Both the position numbers and the translations under genes were made by a program. A stretch of 55,525 nt of DNA from Candidatus Moraniibacteriota bacterium. Lineage in GTDB: Bacteria; Patescibacteriota; Minisyncoccia; Moranbacterales; DUUL01. The notes beneath the pieces are model-generated. The model was given only the letters and a program-made list of their open reading frames with translations, did no database searches and was not told where the DNA came from. The stretch is from contig JBFHIG010000008.1 in the NCBI GenBank assembly GCA_041596615.1, positions 1-55,525 of the forward strand, written 5' to 3'. Within the stretch, counting starts at the first letter, position 1, and every line of letters begins with the position of its first letter. Below, piece after piece: positions 1 through 9,987 of the stretch.

Positions 1-17
1 CTTAGGAATTAAATAAA

Positions 18-734
18 ATGGAATTTGTAAATTCTTTTATTGACACTTATAACATACCTTTGCTCACAGCATTTTTGTTGGGTATTTTAACTTCTATAAG
101 TCCTTGTCCTTTAGCCACGAACATCACTGCCGTTGCTTTCATCTCAAAAGAATTAAAAACTGTTAAAAATACTTTATTCAATGGTATATTTTACACTGTT
201 GGTCGAGGGGCAAGTTACACCTTTTTAGCCACTTTAATATTTTTTGGTTTTTCAAGCTTCTCAATCTCAAGCATTTTTGAAGGATGGGGAGATAAAATAT
301 TAGGACCTGTTTTGATTTTCATCGGCCTGGTAATGTTTGGAAAAGTAAACATAAAAATTGGGATGAAAAATGAAAAAATAGAAAAGACAAAAAATTGGTT
401 GTCCCAAAAAGGATACTTTGGGTCTACATTACTTGGCGCTCTATTCGCACTTGCCTTTTGTCCTTACAGTGGTGTTTTGTTTTTCGGTGTTTTAATTCCT
501 TTGGTTTTAAATTCAAAAGAAGGCCTCTTGTTTCCACCCTTTTTTGCAATTGGGACTGGTTTGCCCGTAATATTTTTTTCATTTTTTATCGCAATTGGTA
601 TGCAAAAAGTCAACAAACTTTTTCAAGCGACTCAAACAATTGAAAAAATTACGAGACAGCTAATTGCTTCGATTTTCATGTTAGCGGGAATATACTATCT
701 ACAATATCTAATAAAATTTTTGTTACACTTGTAA
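18..734 (+). CDS. CcdA/DsbD-like membrane protein (ArsG-family organoarsenical efflux permease-like)
   Basis: About 6 hydrophobic segments with paired Cys motifs SISPCPLATN and LAFCPYS typical of CcdA/DsbD_2 (ArsG-like) proteins. Confidence 0.75.
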   Translation: MEFVNSFIDTYNIPLLTAFLLGILTSISPCPLATNITAVAFISKELKTVKNTLFNGIFYTVGRGASYTFLATLIFFGFSSFSISSIFEGWGDKILGPVLIFIGLVMFGKVNIKIGMKNEKIEKTKNWLSQKGYFGSTLLGALFALAFCPYSGVLFFGVLIPLVLNSKEGLLFPPFFAIGTGLPVIFFSFFIAIGMQKVNKLFQATQTIEKITRQLIASIFMLAGIYYLQYLIKFLLHL

Positions 735-961
735 TTTACAACTTAACTCAAATTCCCCATCACAAAGAACATTAAAACCCTCAATACATCAACATAAAGT
801 AGATTTATTGTGTATTAAAAAAATAAACTGAATTACCAAATTAAAACAATAAATACAGACAAACTAGAGCTGATATAGTTTTGCTGAATATAATAATAAT
901 AAAATGCGTATGTTATACTATGCAGATAAAATTACATGCAAATAATTATTAATATATAAAG

Positions 962-1306
962 ATGAAAATCATCAACAAAGAATCGGCCATAATTTTAGCG
1001 CTTTTCGGAATATTTTTTCTAACTGGGTGCGACAGTAAAAAAGAATCTGAAGAAGAAATTGAATCAATACAAGAGGAGTCCCAAGGTAATTCTCAGCTAG
1101 ATATCTCCAGTGAAGCCTCGAAACAACAAAAGCTCACCCTGGACACAAATAAATGCATTGGTTGTGGAAAGTGTGCCAGAATAGCATCTGGTAATTTCGA
1201 AATGGCCGGCAGGAAGGCTGCGATAGTCTCACAGGAAAATTTGGAAAGTGCAAATATGCAACTAGCAATAAAAAGTTGCCCTGTTAATATAATTGAATTA
1301 AGCTAA
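962..1306 (+). CDS. Lipoprotein with C-terminal single-cluster ferredoxin domain
   Basis: Signal peptide with lipobox FLTG-C, acidic linker, then CIGCGKC...CP ferredoxin motif. Confidence 0.75.
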   Translation: MKIINKESAIILALFGIFFLTGCDSKKESEEEIESIQEESQGNSQLDISSEASKQQKLTLDTNKCIGCGKCARIASGNFEMAGRKAAIVSQENLESANMQLAIKSCPVNIIELS

Positions 1307-1788
1307 TGGAAATTCATCTAATTTTTGCAAAAGCTAGTTGGTTAACTTTCTTTGCGATATTGTTAATGCGCCCTCTCTCAGGAATTCTAAATTCAAGCTG
1401 GTTAAAAAGCAACTTGGGGAGACGAAAGGAATTGGGAATAATCTGTGGAATATTCGCCTTTTTGCATATAGTAATCTATCTCTATGCGAACAATTTATTT
1501 GGTAATTATATCTTTAACTCAGCTTTCTGGAATTTTAAAACACTCTTTGCCTGGGGAAATTTAGCCGCTATTTTTTTATTCTTCCCTTTTATAACTTCAA
1601 ATAATGCGTCAAAAAGATTTCTTAAAAAACATTGGCTAACAATTCAAAAGCTGTCCTACCCCGCATTTATTTTTACTGGAATTCATATCTATCTAGTAAA
1701 TAAAAATTGGGTACTGGGCCTAGTGCCAATTATTATTTGGTCCATTATTTGGACTTGGGCTCAAATCAAAAAACATAGGGATAGCTAG
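1306..1788 (+). CDS. Ferric-reductase-like transmembrane protein (MsrQ/YedZ-like)
   Basis: RRKELG, membrane His residues, TSN and WLTIQKLSY...H motifs; start overlaps the ferredoxin stop (TAATG). Confidence 0.75.
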   Translation: MEIHLIFAKASWLTFFAILLMRPLSGILNSSWLKSNLGRRKELGIICGIFAFLHIVIYLYANNLFGNYIFNSAFWNFKTLFAWGNLAAIFLFFPFITSNNASKRFLKKHWLTIQKLSYPAFIFTGIHIYLVNKNWVLGLVPIIIWSIIWTWAQIKKHRDS

Positions 1789-1870
1789 AAAAAAAGCTAC
1801 CATGGAAAAGCTTTTTCCCAACTAAATCCTGCCCTAACTATCACTCTCTGTTTAATGTGAAATTCAGAGC

Positions 1871-2914
1871 TTATATCTTTTCGTTTATTTTCAAATTCGA
1901 AATTCCCAAGCCCAACAATCTGACTCCCTTTTTATCAAGCTCAACTTTTTTCATTAGATAATACGCAGATTTAGCGATTATATCTTTCGAATCAATTATC
2001 TCTTCTGTTGTTTTGCATCTTGTTATTTGTTTAAAGTCGGCATATTTAACTTTCAAAGTAATTGTGCAACCAGAAACTTTATGACTCTTTATTAAATCCG
2101 AAAGACCATCTATTAGAAAATCTAATTTGCCCTTGATTTGTTCTTTAGTGGTTAAATCAAATTCATATGTCCTTTCCAAAGAAAAAGACTTTCTTTTACG
2201 ATGTGGTTCGACTAGACGGTTATCGATGTTCCGAACAATGTTGTAATAATAAGTTCCAGATTTTCCAAATTTTGAGACCAGCTCTTCCTTTGAAAGTTTT
2301 TTCAAATCAGAACCCTTTTTTATGCCAATTTTATGCATTTTACTGGCAGTGACTTTACCCACTCCAAAAAACTTTTCAATTGGTAACTTCGCGATAAAGT
2401 CTTCGGCAATCGAAGGATGGATCACGGTTAAGCCATCAGGCTTGCGAAAATCAGACGCAATTTTTGCAACAAATTTATTAGAAGAAATTCCAGCAGAAGC
2501 AGTGAGTCCTGTCTTGGCTTTTATTTTTTCTTTAATTTCCTTGGCAATATCAACTGCTAATTTAATGTTCTTTTTATTTCTAGTAACATCTAAAAAAGCC
2601 TCATCCAAAGACAATGGCTCAACCAAATCAGTATATTCTTTGAAAATTTCTCTGATTTGAGTTGAAATCTTTTTATATAATTCAAAATTACACTCTACCA
2701 AAATAAGTTGCGGGCATTTTCTAAAAGCCACAGAGGTGGGCATAGCAGAATGAACTCCAAACTTTCTAGCTTCATAGTTGGCTGTGGAAAGTACACCACG
2801 AAGAGACCCTCCTCCAACTCCAAGAGGCTTTCCTTTATACTCTGGATGCTCCCGCTCCTCCACTGAAGCGAAGAAGGCATCCATGTCAATGTGAATTATT
2901 TTTCGTGGGTGCAT
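1871..2914 (-). CDS. dinB: DNA polymerase IV
   Basis: IIHIDMDAFFASVE, YEARKFGV, SLDEAFLD, KIASDFRKPDG Y-family motifs; ATG at 2914 preferred over TTG at 2926. Confidence 0.95.
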   Translation of the reverse strand: MHPRKIIHIDMDAFFASVEEREHPEYKGKPLGVGGGSLRGVLSTANYEARKFGVHSAMPTSVAFRKCPQLILVECNFELYKKISTQIREIFKEYTDLVEPLSLDEAFLDVTRNKKNIKLAVDIAKEIKEKIKAKTGLTASAGISSNKFVAKIASDFRKPDGLTVIHPSIAEDFIAKLPIEKFFGVGKVTASKMHKIGIKKGSDLKKLSKEELVSKFGKSGTYYYNIVRNIDNRLVEPHRKRKSFSLERTYEFDLTTKEQIKGKLDFLIDGLSDLIKSHKVSGCTITLKVKYADFKQITRCKTTEEIIDSKDIIAKSAYYLMKKVELDKKGVRLLGLGISNLKINEKI

Positions 2915-3230
2915 TGCGATTGACAATTGTTATCATTTCTACGCTCTAGGTTTTATTATAATAACCTTTTTTGCAAACATTGGAAATGATAAGCATTGGA
3001 CTCTCGACTATTTTTAGTCCCTCATTCTCATCAGTTTATGATAGTCTTTTGTTATTTTTAAAAAAAGATTTGGATGTATTATAAGTATTTTTAGGTCTTT
3101 GCGGTCTCTATTTTAAACCATTACACGCCTACATTGACATTTATTAATAATTATGCTTAAATAAAAATTCCAAAGAGTAGCAATAAGCAGTTTTTTTACA
3201 ATAGAATCAACCCAAAAAAGGAATGCGCAA

Positions 3231-4268
3231 ATGAACAAAACCACACAAAAGATTGGATCGGTCAGTAAAGATGCTTTTAAAAAACCCAGTTTCAATAAAG
3301 CAAAACTGGAGGAAATAATAACTACAATAATCTCCAGGACCTCTTATTCGAACACATCATTCACTAATTCTATTAACGATTATTCGGAAAGTTCCAAAAG
3401 AGCGAAAATTAATAAAATTACTATAAAACAAGATAGTAATAATTCTCGATTTCTTTTGCGAATCCAACTAGTCGGTGACAACATAATATGGATAGTTACT
3501 ACAACTTTTCATAACAACATTCAGGGTAATATTCAAGGTTTTTTTAAGGAATTGCGCGAAGCAGCCAAATCGGTATGCGAAGAGGAAAACAAAAAACTTC
3601 CGATTCCTAGTCCTCCACCGAGCCCAGATACCAAAGACAAAGACTCAAATCCCACGGATACACCAAAAGGGAAAAGGAAAAAAGGAGTACGAACAGCGTC
3701 AGTCATAACCGACGAGGTAATACTGAAAATACTAAAAATCTGGATGAAGCATAGTGGAGGTGTACAAAAAATATCTCAAAGAGAGTTTGGAACAATAGTC
3801 TCAAAAATGGGAATCGAAATAAAAAATAATCTTCTTGTGACTTTTCTTAAAAAGAAAGGCGTTGTGAATGTTATTTCCATAGCAAGAAGACCAATCGTCG
3901 AGATATCTATGGCTGGAATCGAGATGTTAGAAAAACATGAAAAACATCTCGATGCGGAAAAACTGGAGGCAGAAAAAATCAAGCACATGAAGAAGATGCT
4001 CGGATTTGCCAAAAAATCTCTGCCTACAATTCATGTGGTAAAAAACCAGAAGAATATTTTTGCTCGCCTTGATGAATTAGAAATTGCTGAGAAAAGTGCA
4101 GCGCAGAAAATAATAGCTTGCCAGCAAGAAATACTCAGACAAGAAGCAGTGCTTACTAAAATTGGCGTTGCTAGAAAAGATTACTTTGAAAAAATGCGGA
4201 AACTGGGTACTTCAGTGGATCATGCCATCGTAGATGAGCTGATTGAAACCGCAGAAGATTCCTTATAA
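3231..4268 (+). CDS. Hypothetical protein (Pro-rich linker, basic central region, C-terminal coiled coil)
   Basis: 345-aa ORF with AAGGA RBS, upstream TTGACA (3134-3139) and downstream terminator; no family recognised. Confidence 0.65.
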   Translation: MNKTTQKIGSVSKDAFKKPSFNKAKLEEIITTIISRTSYSNTSFTNSINDYSESSKRAKINKITIKQDSNNSRFLLRIQLVGDNIIWIVTTTFHNNIQGNIQGFFKELREAAKSVCEEENKKLPIPSPPPSPDTKDKDSNPTDTPKGKRKKGVRTASVITDEVILKILKIWMKHSGGVQKISQREFGTIVSKMGIEIKNNLLVTFLKKKGVVNVISIARRPIVEISMAGIEMLEKHEKHLDAEKLEAEKIKHMKKMLGFAKKSLPTIHVVKNQKNIFARLDELEIAEKSAAQKIIACQQEILRQEAVLTKIGVARKDYFEKMRKLGTSVDHAIVDELIETAEDSL

Positions 4269-4307
4269 TAAAAAGTATCTTTTGCGAAAAAGGAAATTAA
4301 ACTCTAC

Positions 4308-4342
4308 AGTCACCTAAGGAAATTTTTCTCTAGGTGACTTTT
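4308..4342 (+). terminator. Intrinsic terminator
   Basis: AGTCACCTA/TAGGTGACT inverted repeat followed by T run. Confidence 0.65.
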
Positions 4343-4481
4343 AAATTCAAAAAGTATTTCGTTCAATGCAAATTTACTCAATCAAGCAATCTTTTTTTAT
4401 TTTTTGATTGGTATTTAACGATATGTTTGTATAATGGTGATGCGGAATAAGTTGTGTAATTATATTAAAGCAATACTAACT

Positions 4482-5084
4482 ATGAATTTTTTAGAGGCAA
4501 TGCAAAATCGTTATGCGACAAAAATATACGATAATACAAAGAAAATTAACCATAAGTCTATAGAAGAATTAAAACAGATTCTCCACCTAAGTCCATCATC
4601 AATTAATGGTCAACCTTGGCAATTTACCTTTGTTAAAGACACTGTTATTAAAAATAAATTAGCAGAAGCATCTCGTTTCAATGAAGATAGGGTAAAAAAC
4701 AGCGACATATTAGTTGTGTTTAGCGCTATAGATAAAGTTGATCTATTTGAAAAACAGATTAAAGAATGTCTGCCCGAAGGAGCTGCTAACTATTTTGATA
4801 AAATGATAAAACCGAAAGAAGAGGATGATATAAAAAATTGGCTTCAAAAACAAGTATACTTAGCATCAGGAATATTTCTAAGTGCTTGTGCCACAATGAA
4901 AATTGATGCAACTCCAATGGAAGGCATTGAAACTGATAAATACAATTTAATCATAAATCCGGATGGCAATTATACTACCTTATTTTCCATTTCCATAGGA
5001 TATAGAGATTCTGAAGACTCCTTCCAGCCTGACAAAAAACCAAAAGAGAGAATGGTATTTAATAAGGTCATAAGAGATATTTAG
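4482..5084 (+). CDS. Nitroreductase family protein (NfsB-like)
   Basis: RYATKIYD, LSPSSINGQPW, DATPMEG, IGYR motifs; ATG at 4482 chosen as start. Confidence 0.9.
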   Translation: MNFLEAMQNRYATKIYDNTKKINHKSIEELKQILHLSPSSINGQPWQFTFVKDTVIKNKLAEASRFNEDRVKNSDILVVFSAIDKVDLFEKQIKECLPEGAANYFDKMIKPKEEDDIKNWLQKQVYLASGIFLSACATMKIDATPMEGIETDKYNLIINPDGNYTTLFSISIGYRDSEDSFQPDKKPKERMVFNKVIRDI

Positions 5085-5152
5085 CATAGAAAAAATAGCC
5101 AACAATACCTCAAAATAATGACTGCTGTTTTTTTTCTAGATATCTTAAGAGC

Positions 5153-5186
5153 AAATAAAACAACGTCTCGGGACGTTTTTTTATTT
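5153..5186 (+). terminator. Intrinsic terminator
   Basis: AACGTC-TCGG-GACGTT hairpin with flanking A and T tracts. Confidence 0.6.
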
Positions 5187-5243
5187 GATATTTTTTTCCA
5201 AAAGTGCAAAAATTGAATGTGCGATTGGAAAATAAAAGAATTT

Positions 5244-6557
5244 ATGCAAAGAAATAAAGAAACTTCTATATACAGGCCCAAAGGAAAAAACTTTAAAAAA
5301 CAAAATTTAAAAACACCCTCGTTCAAAGGAGATTTATTTGGAGCAAAATTTTTTATAGCACTGATTGTTTTCTTTCTAAGTAGCTTCCTTTTTTGGCAAC
5401 GCAATTTTGTTAAAAGCCATGTGATTGAAATTTTCAATCCTAACATTGCAGAAGATGCGCGAAAAATTACCAATGAACCAATCGAAAAAATAGCTAGTCA
5501 TATTATTGCAGAAGGTGATATTCCTGCGGATATTTTTGCAAAATATGGCAAACTAAATGCAAACGAAATCACGGATCTTTTGGCAGCATCAGAAGACGTT
5601 TTTGATTTTACTCAACTGAAGATTGATAAAAATATCGATTTTATTTTTGACGACGAGGATAAATTTAAAAAAATAGAATACTACCCAACCAGTGAGAGAA
5701 TGGTTGTCGTAAAAATGGATGGAGAAGATTTTGTGGTCACAAAAGAGGATATCCCTTATTCTATAGAAGAAAAAACGGCATCCATAAAAATCGATGAGTT
5801 TCTCTACAAAGATGCTTTAGATGCTGGTCTGACTGAAAATAGCATCTTGGAAATAGCTGATATTTTCTCTTTTGATATTGATTTCACAACTGAAATACGC
5901 GAGGGTGATGAGTTGAAAGTTGTCTACCAGAAAAGAACTTTGGATGGAGTGGATGCTCCCGATGGAAAAGTTTTGGCTGCTAAGTTTATAAACGATGGGA
6001 ACCCTTATTTTTCCTATTATTTTGAAAGTGGAGATGAAGACACTGGTAGTCACTATGACGCTGACGGCAAAGAGCTTGTTCGTCAATTCTTACGAGCACC
6101 TCTTAGTTATCGCAAAATAACTTCTGGATATACCGGCGCAAGATTTCACCCAATCACCAAAACGGTTTCTGCACACTATCAAATTGATTATGCCGCGCCA
6201 GTTGGAACTCCTGTTGTTACTACTGCTCGCGGAACAATCACAAGTGCTGGCTGGGAGACTGGTTGGGGGAATATGATTAGGATTCGCCACGACAATGGTT
6301 ACACTACTCACTATGGCCATTTGAGTGCCTATGGAGAGGGCATTAAAACAGGAGTTTCGGTCTCTCAGGGAAGAGTCGTTGGTTATGTTGGTTCGACTGG
6401 GTGGTCAACTGGTCCTCATTTAGATTATGGAATGAAACTTAATGGGAGTCCAGTCAACCCAATGTCGCTCCAATTACCCAAGGGCGAGCCACTTACTGGT
6501 GATGTATTGGAAAAGTTTCGAAAAGAAAAGGAGAAATATGAAAATAATTTAAAATAA
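5244..6557 (+). CDS. M23 family peptidoglycan endopeptidase (MepM/Csd-like)
   Basis: N-terminal TM helix, DIDF...IREGD domain, HYQIDY, YGHL and STGPHLDY Zn motifs. Confidence 0.9.
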   Translation: MQRNKETSIYRPKGKNFKKQNLKTPSFKGDLFGAKFFIALIVFFLSSFLFWQRNFVKSHVIEIFNPNIAEDARKITNEPIEKIASHIIAEGDIPADIFAKYGKLNANEITDLLAASEDVFDFTQLKIDKNIDFIFDDEDKFKKIEYYPTSERMVVVKMDGEDFVVTKEDIPYSIEEKTASIKIDEFLYKDALDAGLTENSILEIADIFSFDIDFTTEIREGDELKVVYQKRTLDGVDAPDGKVLAAKFINDGNPYFSYYFESGDEDTGSHYDADGKELVRQFLRAPLSYRKITSGYTGARFHPITKTVSAHYQIDYAAPVGTPVVTTARGTITSAGWETGWGNMIRIRHDNGYTTHYGHLSAYGEGIKTGVSVSQGRVVGYVGSTGWSTGPHLDYGMKLNGSPVNPMSLQLPKGEPLTGDVLEKFRKEKEKYENNLK

Positions 6558-6574
6558 AAAATCCAAAGAAAAGT

Positions 6575-7402
6575 TTATTCATGTGTTATCTTTGCCTGAT
6601 AAATAATCACTTCTCCGTAGTTATCTGCTGAACATAGATCTGGAAATTCCTCCGTCTTGCAGTTTGATTGAGTGTACACGCCGGCCTTAAAATATGCTTG
6701 GTTAACTTTTTTTGCAAGAGTATGAATAGGCGTTGCACTATTGTTATAATAAACAGCTATCTCTCCACCTTTAACTACAAATTTAACATTAAAGCGCCTA
6801 CCAAGGAGATAATTATCATCAAGTGTGGCTAGGTTCTCTTTACTACGAGCAAGAAAAAGTTTTTCTCCTTCTAATCTGATAACGATGAGATCGCTGTCAT
6901 CACCATGAATCTGCGCTGTTACAACAACTGGCTTATTTTTAGGAATAGCCATAATTGCTTCTTCTAAAAAAAATGTGTGTGTTCCCTTGATTGAAGACCA
7001 AAAGATCTCCTCTTTCCCATCAGCCGTCATCTCTCGTAGCTCGGAACGAGGATAGTTGGAGTTTACCGTTGTTGGTGCATTTACTGGAGCTCTAAAGATA
7101 AGTCCTTTCTGATCAGGGGTCAATTTAAACCAGGGACTTACCTGATATGTCGCCAATTCTGGTTGTCGAATTTCCAGTGGCTCTGTCGGGTTGTCAGGAG
7201 TTGTAATTGGCAAAGTCAATTTCCAATTAATAAGTTCAAATGGCCGAGAAAAAGTTTCTACTGACTGTTTTTTTGTCTCGGGCTTAAGCACTGGGTGAGT
7301 TTCTTTTTTCTGCTGTTCTGTTTGGAAAGTAAAAACAAGGATAGTTACTCCAATAAAGAGGGTTAAAAATACTATTATGCTAAAAAAATTTTTACCGCCC
7401 AT
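6575..7402 (-). CDS. Polysaccharide lyase family 7 (alginate lyase), membrane-anchored
   Basis: All three PL7 motifs present: YPRSELRE, QIH, YFKAGVYTQ; N-terminal TM segment. Confidence 0.9.
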   Translation of the reverse strand: MGGKNFFSIIVFLTLFIGVTILVFTFQTEQQKKETHPVLKPETKKQSVETFSRPFELINWKLTLPITTPDNPTEPLEIRQPELATYQVSPWFKLTPDQKGLIFRAPVNAPTTVNSNYPRSELREMTADGKEEIFWSSIKGTHTFFLEEAIMAIPKNKPVVVTAQIHGDDSDLIVIRLEGEKLFLARSKENLATLDDNYLLGRRFNVKFVVKGGEIAVYYNNSATPIHTLAKKVNQAYFKAGVYTQSNCKTEEFPDLCSADNYGEVIIYQAKITHE

Positions 7403-7801
7403 TGTTAGTATGCCTAATGATTGACACCATTATTATACCATAAAAAAAGCAAAAAAATACAATGTTGTTAAAAAGAAAAATTTTCAAACTAGCTTAGAAC
7501 CTATACTCTATGTGCTAAAAATTTATCTCTTATTTCCAGTTGAAAAAGTTTCTAAAAAATTAGAAATAACCACAAATAAAAATTTTATCTCAATCTTGAA
7601 AAAATTAATCATTTTTTTTTAATATAATACTTTACCCGTATATATATATTTGTTGTTTTTAATTTACAAATTCTAGAATCAAACCCCCGATAACTTAGGC
7701 TTTATAAAAGCCTGTATAAAGGTATGCAGAAAAAGTATAGACTTAAAAATTGAAACTACCTCAAAAAGAAATTTGTTAAAAAAAATGTCTTTATTTTTTC
7801 A

Positions 7802-7830
7802 TTGACACATTTCAAATCACACTATATAAT
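7802..7830 (+). promoter_or_regulatory. Consensus sigma70 promoter
   Basis: TTGACA-N17-TATAAT, perfect match, about 230 nt upstream of the 8059 start. Confidence 0.8.
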
Positions 7831-8058
7831 AATCATCAAATTGTACGAGAAGCGGAGATCGTGCAACATAAATAAACATTTCCCCGCCATTCAAATATGC
7901 AAAGAAAAATTGTTCCTTTCCAATAAACATGGTCTTTTTGCGTCGGTGATTTTAGAAAAACTCAATCTGACACAACCAGACGATGGTTGTCTATCCCAAC
8001 CTAAATAATAACCATATAACTTATGAAAGGACTTAGTAATAATATTTAAGTAATATAA

Positions 8059-9906
8059 ATGTATCATTTATTATCAACAGAAAAAACAAACAGAAAAAAC
8101 TACACTTTATTCTTTGGAATATTGTTAGTATCACTATTTTTAATTAAAAGCCCTGCCGCTTCGGCTGCCTGTACTTATCCAGCCGAAATTCTAAACCTTG
8201 CTAGTTACAAGCAAACCTTACCAACGGGAAAGTCTGGCAGTCCAACAGAAATACTTCAGCCAGCTTTAGGTTCTTATGTTTCTGACCCCTACTTTAAAAC
8301 CAACGCTACCTGTGATGGTGTTGTTTTTCAAGCTCCAGTTAATGGTGTAACTACAAGCAATTCTGGTTATCCACGTTCAGAGCTGCGTGAAATGACCAAT
8401 AACGGAAAAGATAAGGCAAGTTGGTCAACCACTTCTGGAACACACACCATGTATATCGATGAGGCTATTACTGCAGTTCCTAAAGACAAGAAACATGTTG
8501 TTGCAGGACAAATCCATGATGCCGATGATGATGTTGTGGTTATTAGATTGGAATATCCTAAGTTATTTGTCGATATTAATGGCAAAACTGGACCAATATT
8601 GGATGCTAATTATACTCTAGGTAAAAGATTTACAGTTAAGTTTGTTGCAGAAAATGGAAAAATAAAAATCTATTACAATGGCAGTAACGATCCCATTTAT
8701 ACATTAAATAAATCCACCTCTGGCTGTTATTTCAAAGCTGGTGCTTATACCCAATCCAACTGTTCAAAAGAATCAGACTGTTCTAGCGATAACTTCGGTG
8801 AGGTTATTATCTACAATCTATCACTAAATGGAGAAGTTGTTGTTCCAAAACCAAATGATGTCGAGTCTGTAGCAACTGCTTCCGAGGAAGTTTCTGCTGA
8901 ATTGGAAACCACTGCTGAAGAAGATTTTACCGTCGAGACAACTTCTCCTAAGGTAATTCCAACGGATACTCTTTTTTTTGAGGCTGAAGCTGGAGAAATT
9001 GGAGAGCCCCTACAAATAGTTTCTGATTCAGAAGCGTCTGGCGGTAATTATATTGTGCAAACCACAAATAAAGGAGGAAAAGGTATTGCAAAGTATAAGG
9101 TGAATATACCATCTACCGGGAGATACCAGTTACGTGCTAGAGTAATTTCCCCCAGTGGGTCGTCCAATTCATTCTACTACAAATTAGGCTCTGATTCATT
9201 CAAAACATGGTCTTTTCCTAAAAAAACCAATGATTGGACCTGGGTTGATGGAAAATCAATTGAGCTAACAGAGGGCGAACATGTCTTGGAAATAAAGAAA
9301 CGTGAGAAAAACACTCAATTAGATGTCTTAGAACTAAGATCAATGATTTTAGAAGAAGAAATTATTACTACCAACCCAGAAACAACTAAAGATTCTGTTA
9401 TTATGGATAACATTTTTTTTGAGGCTGAAGATGGGGTATTAACTGAACCAATGCAAATTATTTCCGACTCAAAAGCATCTGCTGGTAAATACATTGTGCA
9501 AACAAACGATAAGGGAGAAGGTAGTGCAAAATATAAGTTCAGTATATCTGTGGCTGGAGAGTACCAATTATATGCCAACGTTATTTCTCCAAGTGGGTCT
9601 TCTAATTCCTTCTACTACAAATTAGATCAGGAATCCTCTAGAACATGGTCCTTACCTGACAATATCAAGGATTGGACCTGGGTTGATGGAAAATCAATTG
9701 AACTAACAGAGGGTGAACATATCTTGGAAATAAAGAAACGTGAGAAAAACACTCAATTAGATGCTCTAGAACTAAGGCCGATAAATCCAAGCAAAAAAAT
9801 CTTTACTTATGGGCAAGACTTTTCATTCATAGACGGATTTTATAGTTTAATAGACAAGTCCAGAGAAATTGGCACGATGATTAATCAAGTTATCTTAAGC
9901 AAATAG
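8059..9906 (+). CDS. Secreted PL7 alginate lyase with two tandem carbohydrate-binding-module-like domains
   Basis: Signal peptide, YPRSELRE/QIH/YFKAGAYTQ, acidic Thr-rich linker, two FFEAE...ASxGxYI...D.LEL beta-sandwich repeats. Confidence 0.9.
   Translation: MYHLLSTEKTNRKNYTLFFGILLVSLFLIKSPAASAACTYPAEILNLASYKQTLPTGKSGSPTEILQPALGSYVSDPYFKTNATCDGVVFQAPVNGVTTSNSGYPRSELREMTNNGKDKASWSTTSGTHTMYIDEAITAVPKDKKHVVAGQIHDADDDVVVIRLEYPKLFVDINGKTGPILDANYTLGKRFTVKFVAENGKIKIYYNGSNDPIYTLNKSTSGCYFKAGAYTQSNCSKESDCSSDNFGEVIIYNLSLNGEVVVPKPNDVESVATASEEVSAELETTAEEDFTVETTSPKVIPTDTLFFEAEAGEIGEPLQIVSDSEASGGNYIVQTTNKGGKGIAKYKVNIPSTGRYQLRARVISPSGSSNSFYYKLGSDSFKTWSFPKKTNDWTWVDGKSIELTEGEHVLEIKKREKNTQLDVLELRSMILEEEIITTNPETTKDSVIMDNIFFEAEDGVLTEPMQIISDSKASAGKYIVQTNDKGEGSAKYKFSISVAGEYQLYANVISPSGSSNSFYYKLDQESSRTWSLPDNIKDWTWVDGKSIELTEGEHILEIKKREKNTQLDALELRPINPSKKIFTYGQDFSFIDGFYSLIDKSREIGTMINQVILSK
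8970..9776 (+). repeat. Intragenic domain duplication (438-bp period)
   Basis: 9232-9338 and 9670-9776 are nearly identical at DNA level; FFEAE motifs begin both units. Confidence 0.85.
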
Positions 9907-9945
9907 TAACTCTAAATTAGTTATTACAACTTAAAAAGTTTAAAC

Positions 9946-9987
9946 AAATAATTAAATCACCTTTAATCAGAGGTGATTTAATTATTT
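9946..9987. terminator. Bidirectional terminator between convergent genes
   Basis: 17-bp inverted repeat AAATAATTAAATCACCT/AGGTGATTTAATTATTT. Confidence 0.75.

Noticed and set aside
7802-8008. 68-aa ORF in the lyase leader, and a known c-di-GMP/c-di-AMP riboswitch there
   Set aside because: The ORF begins at the TTG of the -35 box and lacks protein-like features. Conserved cores of those riboswitch classes were not found by eye.
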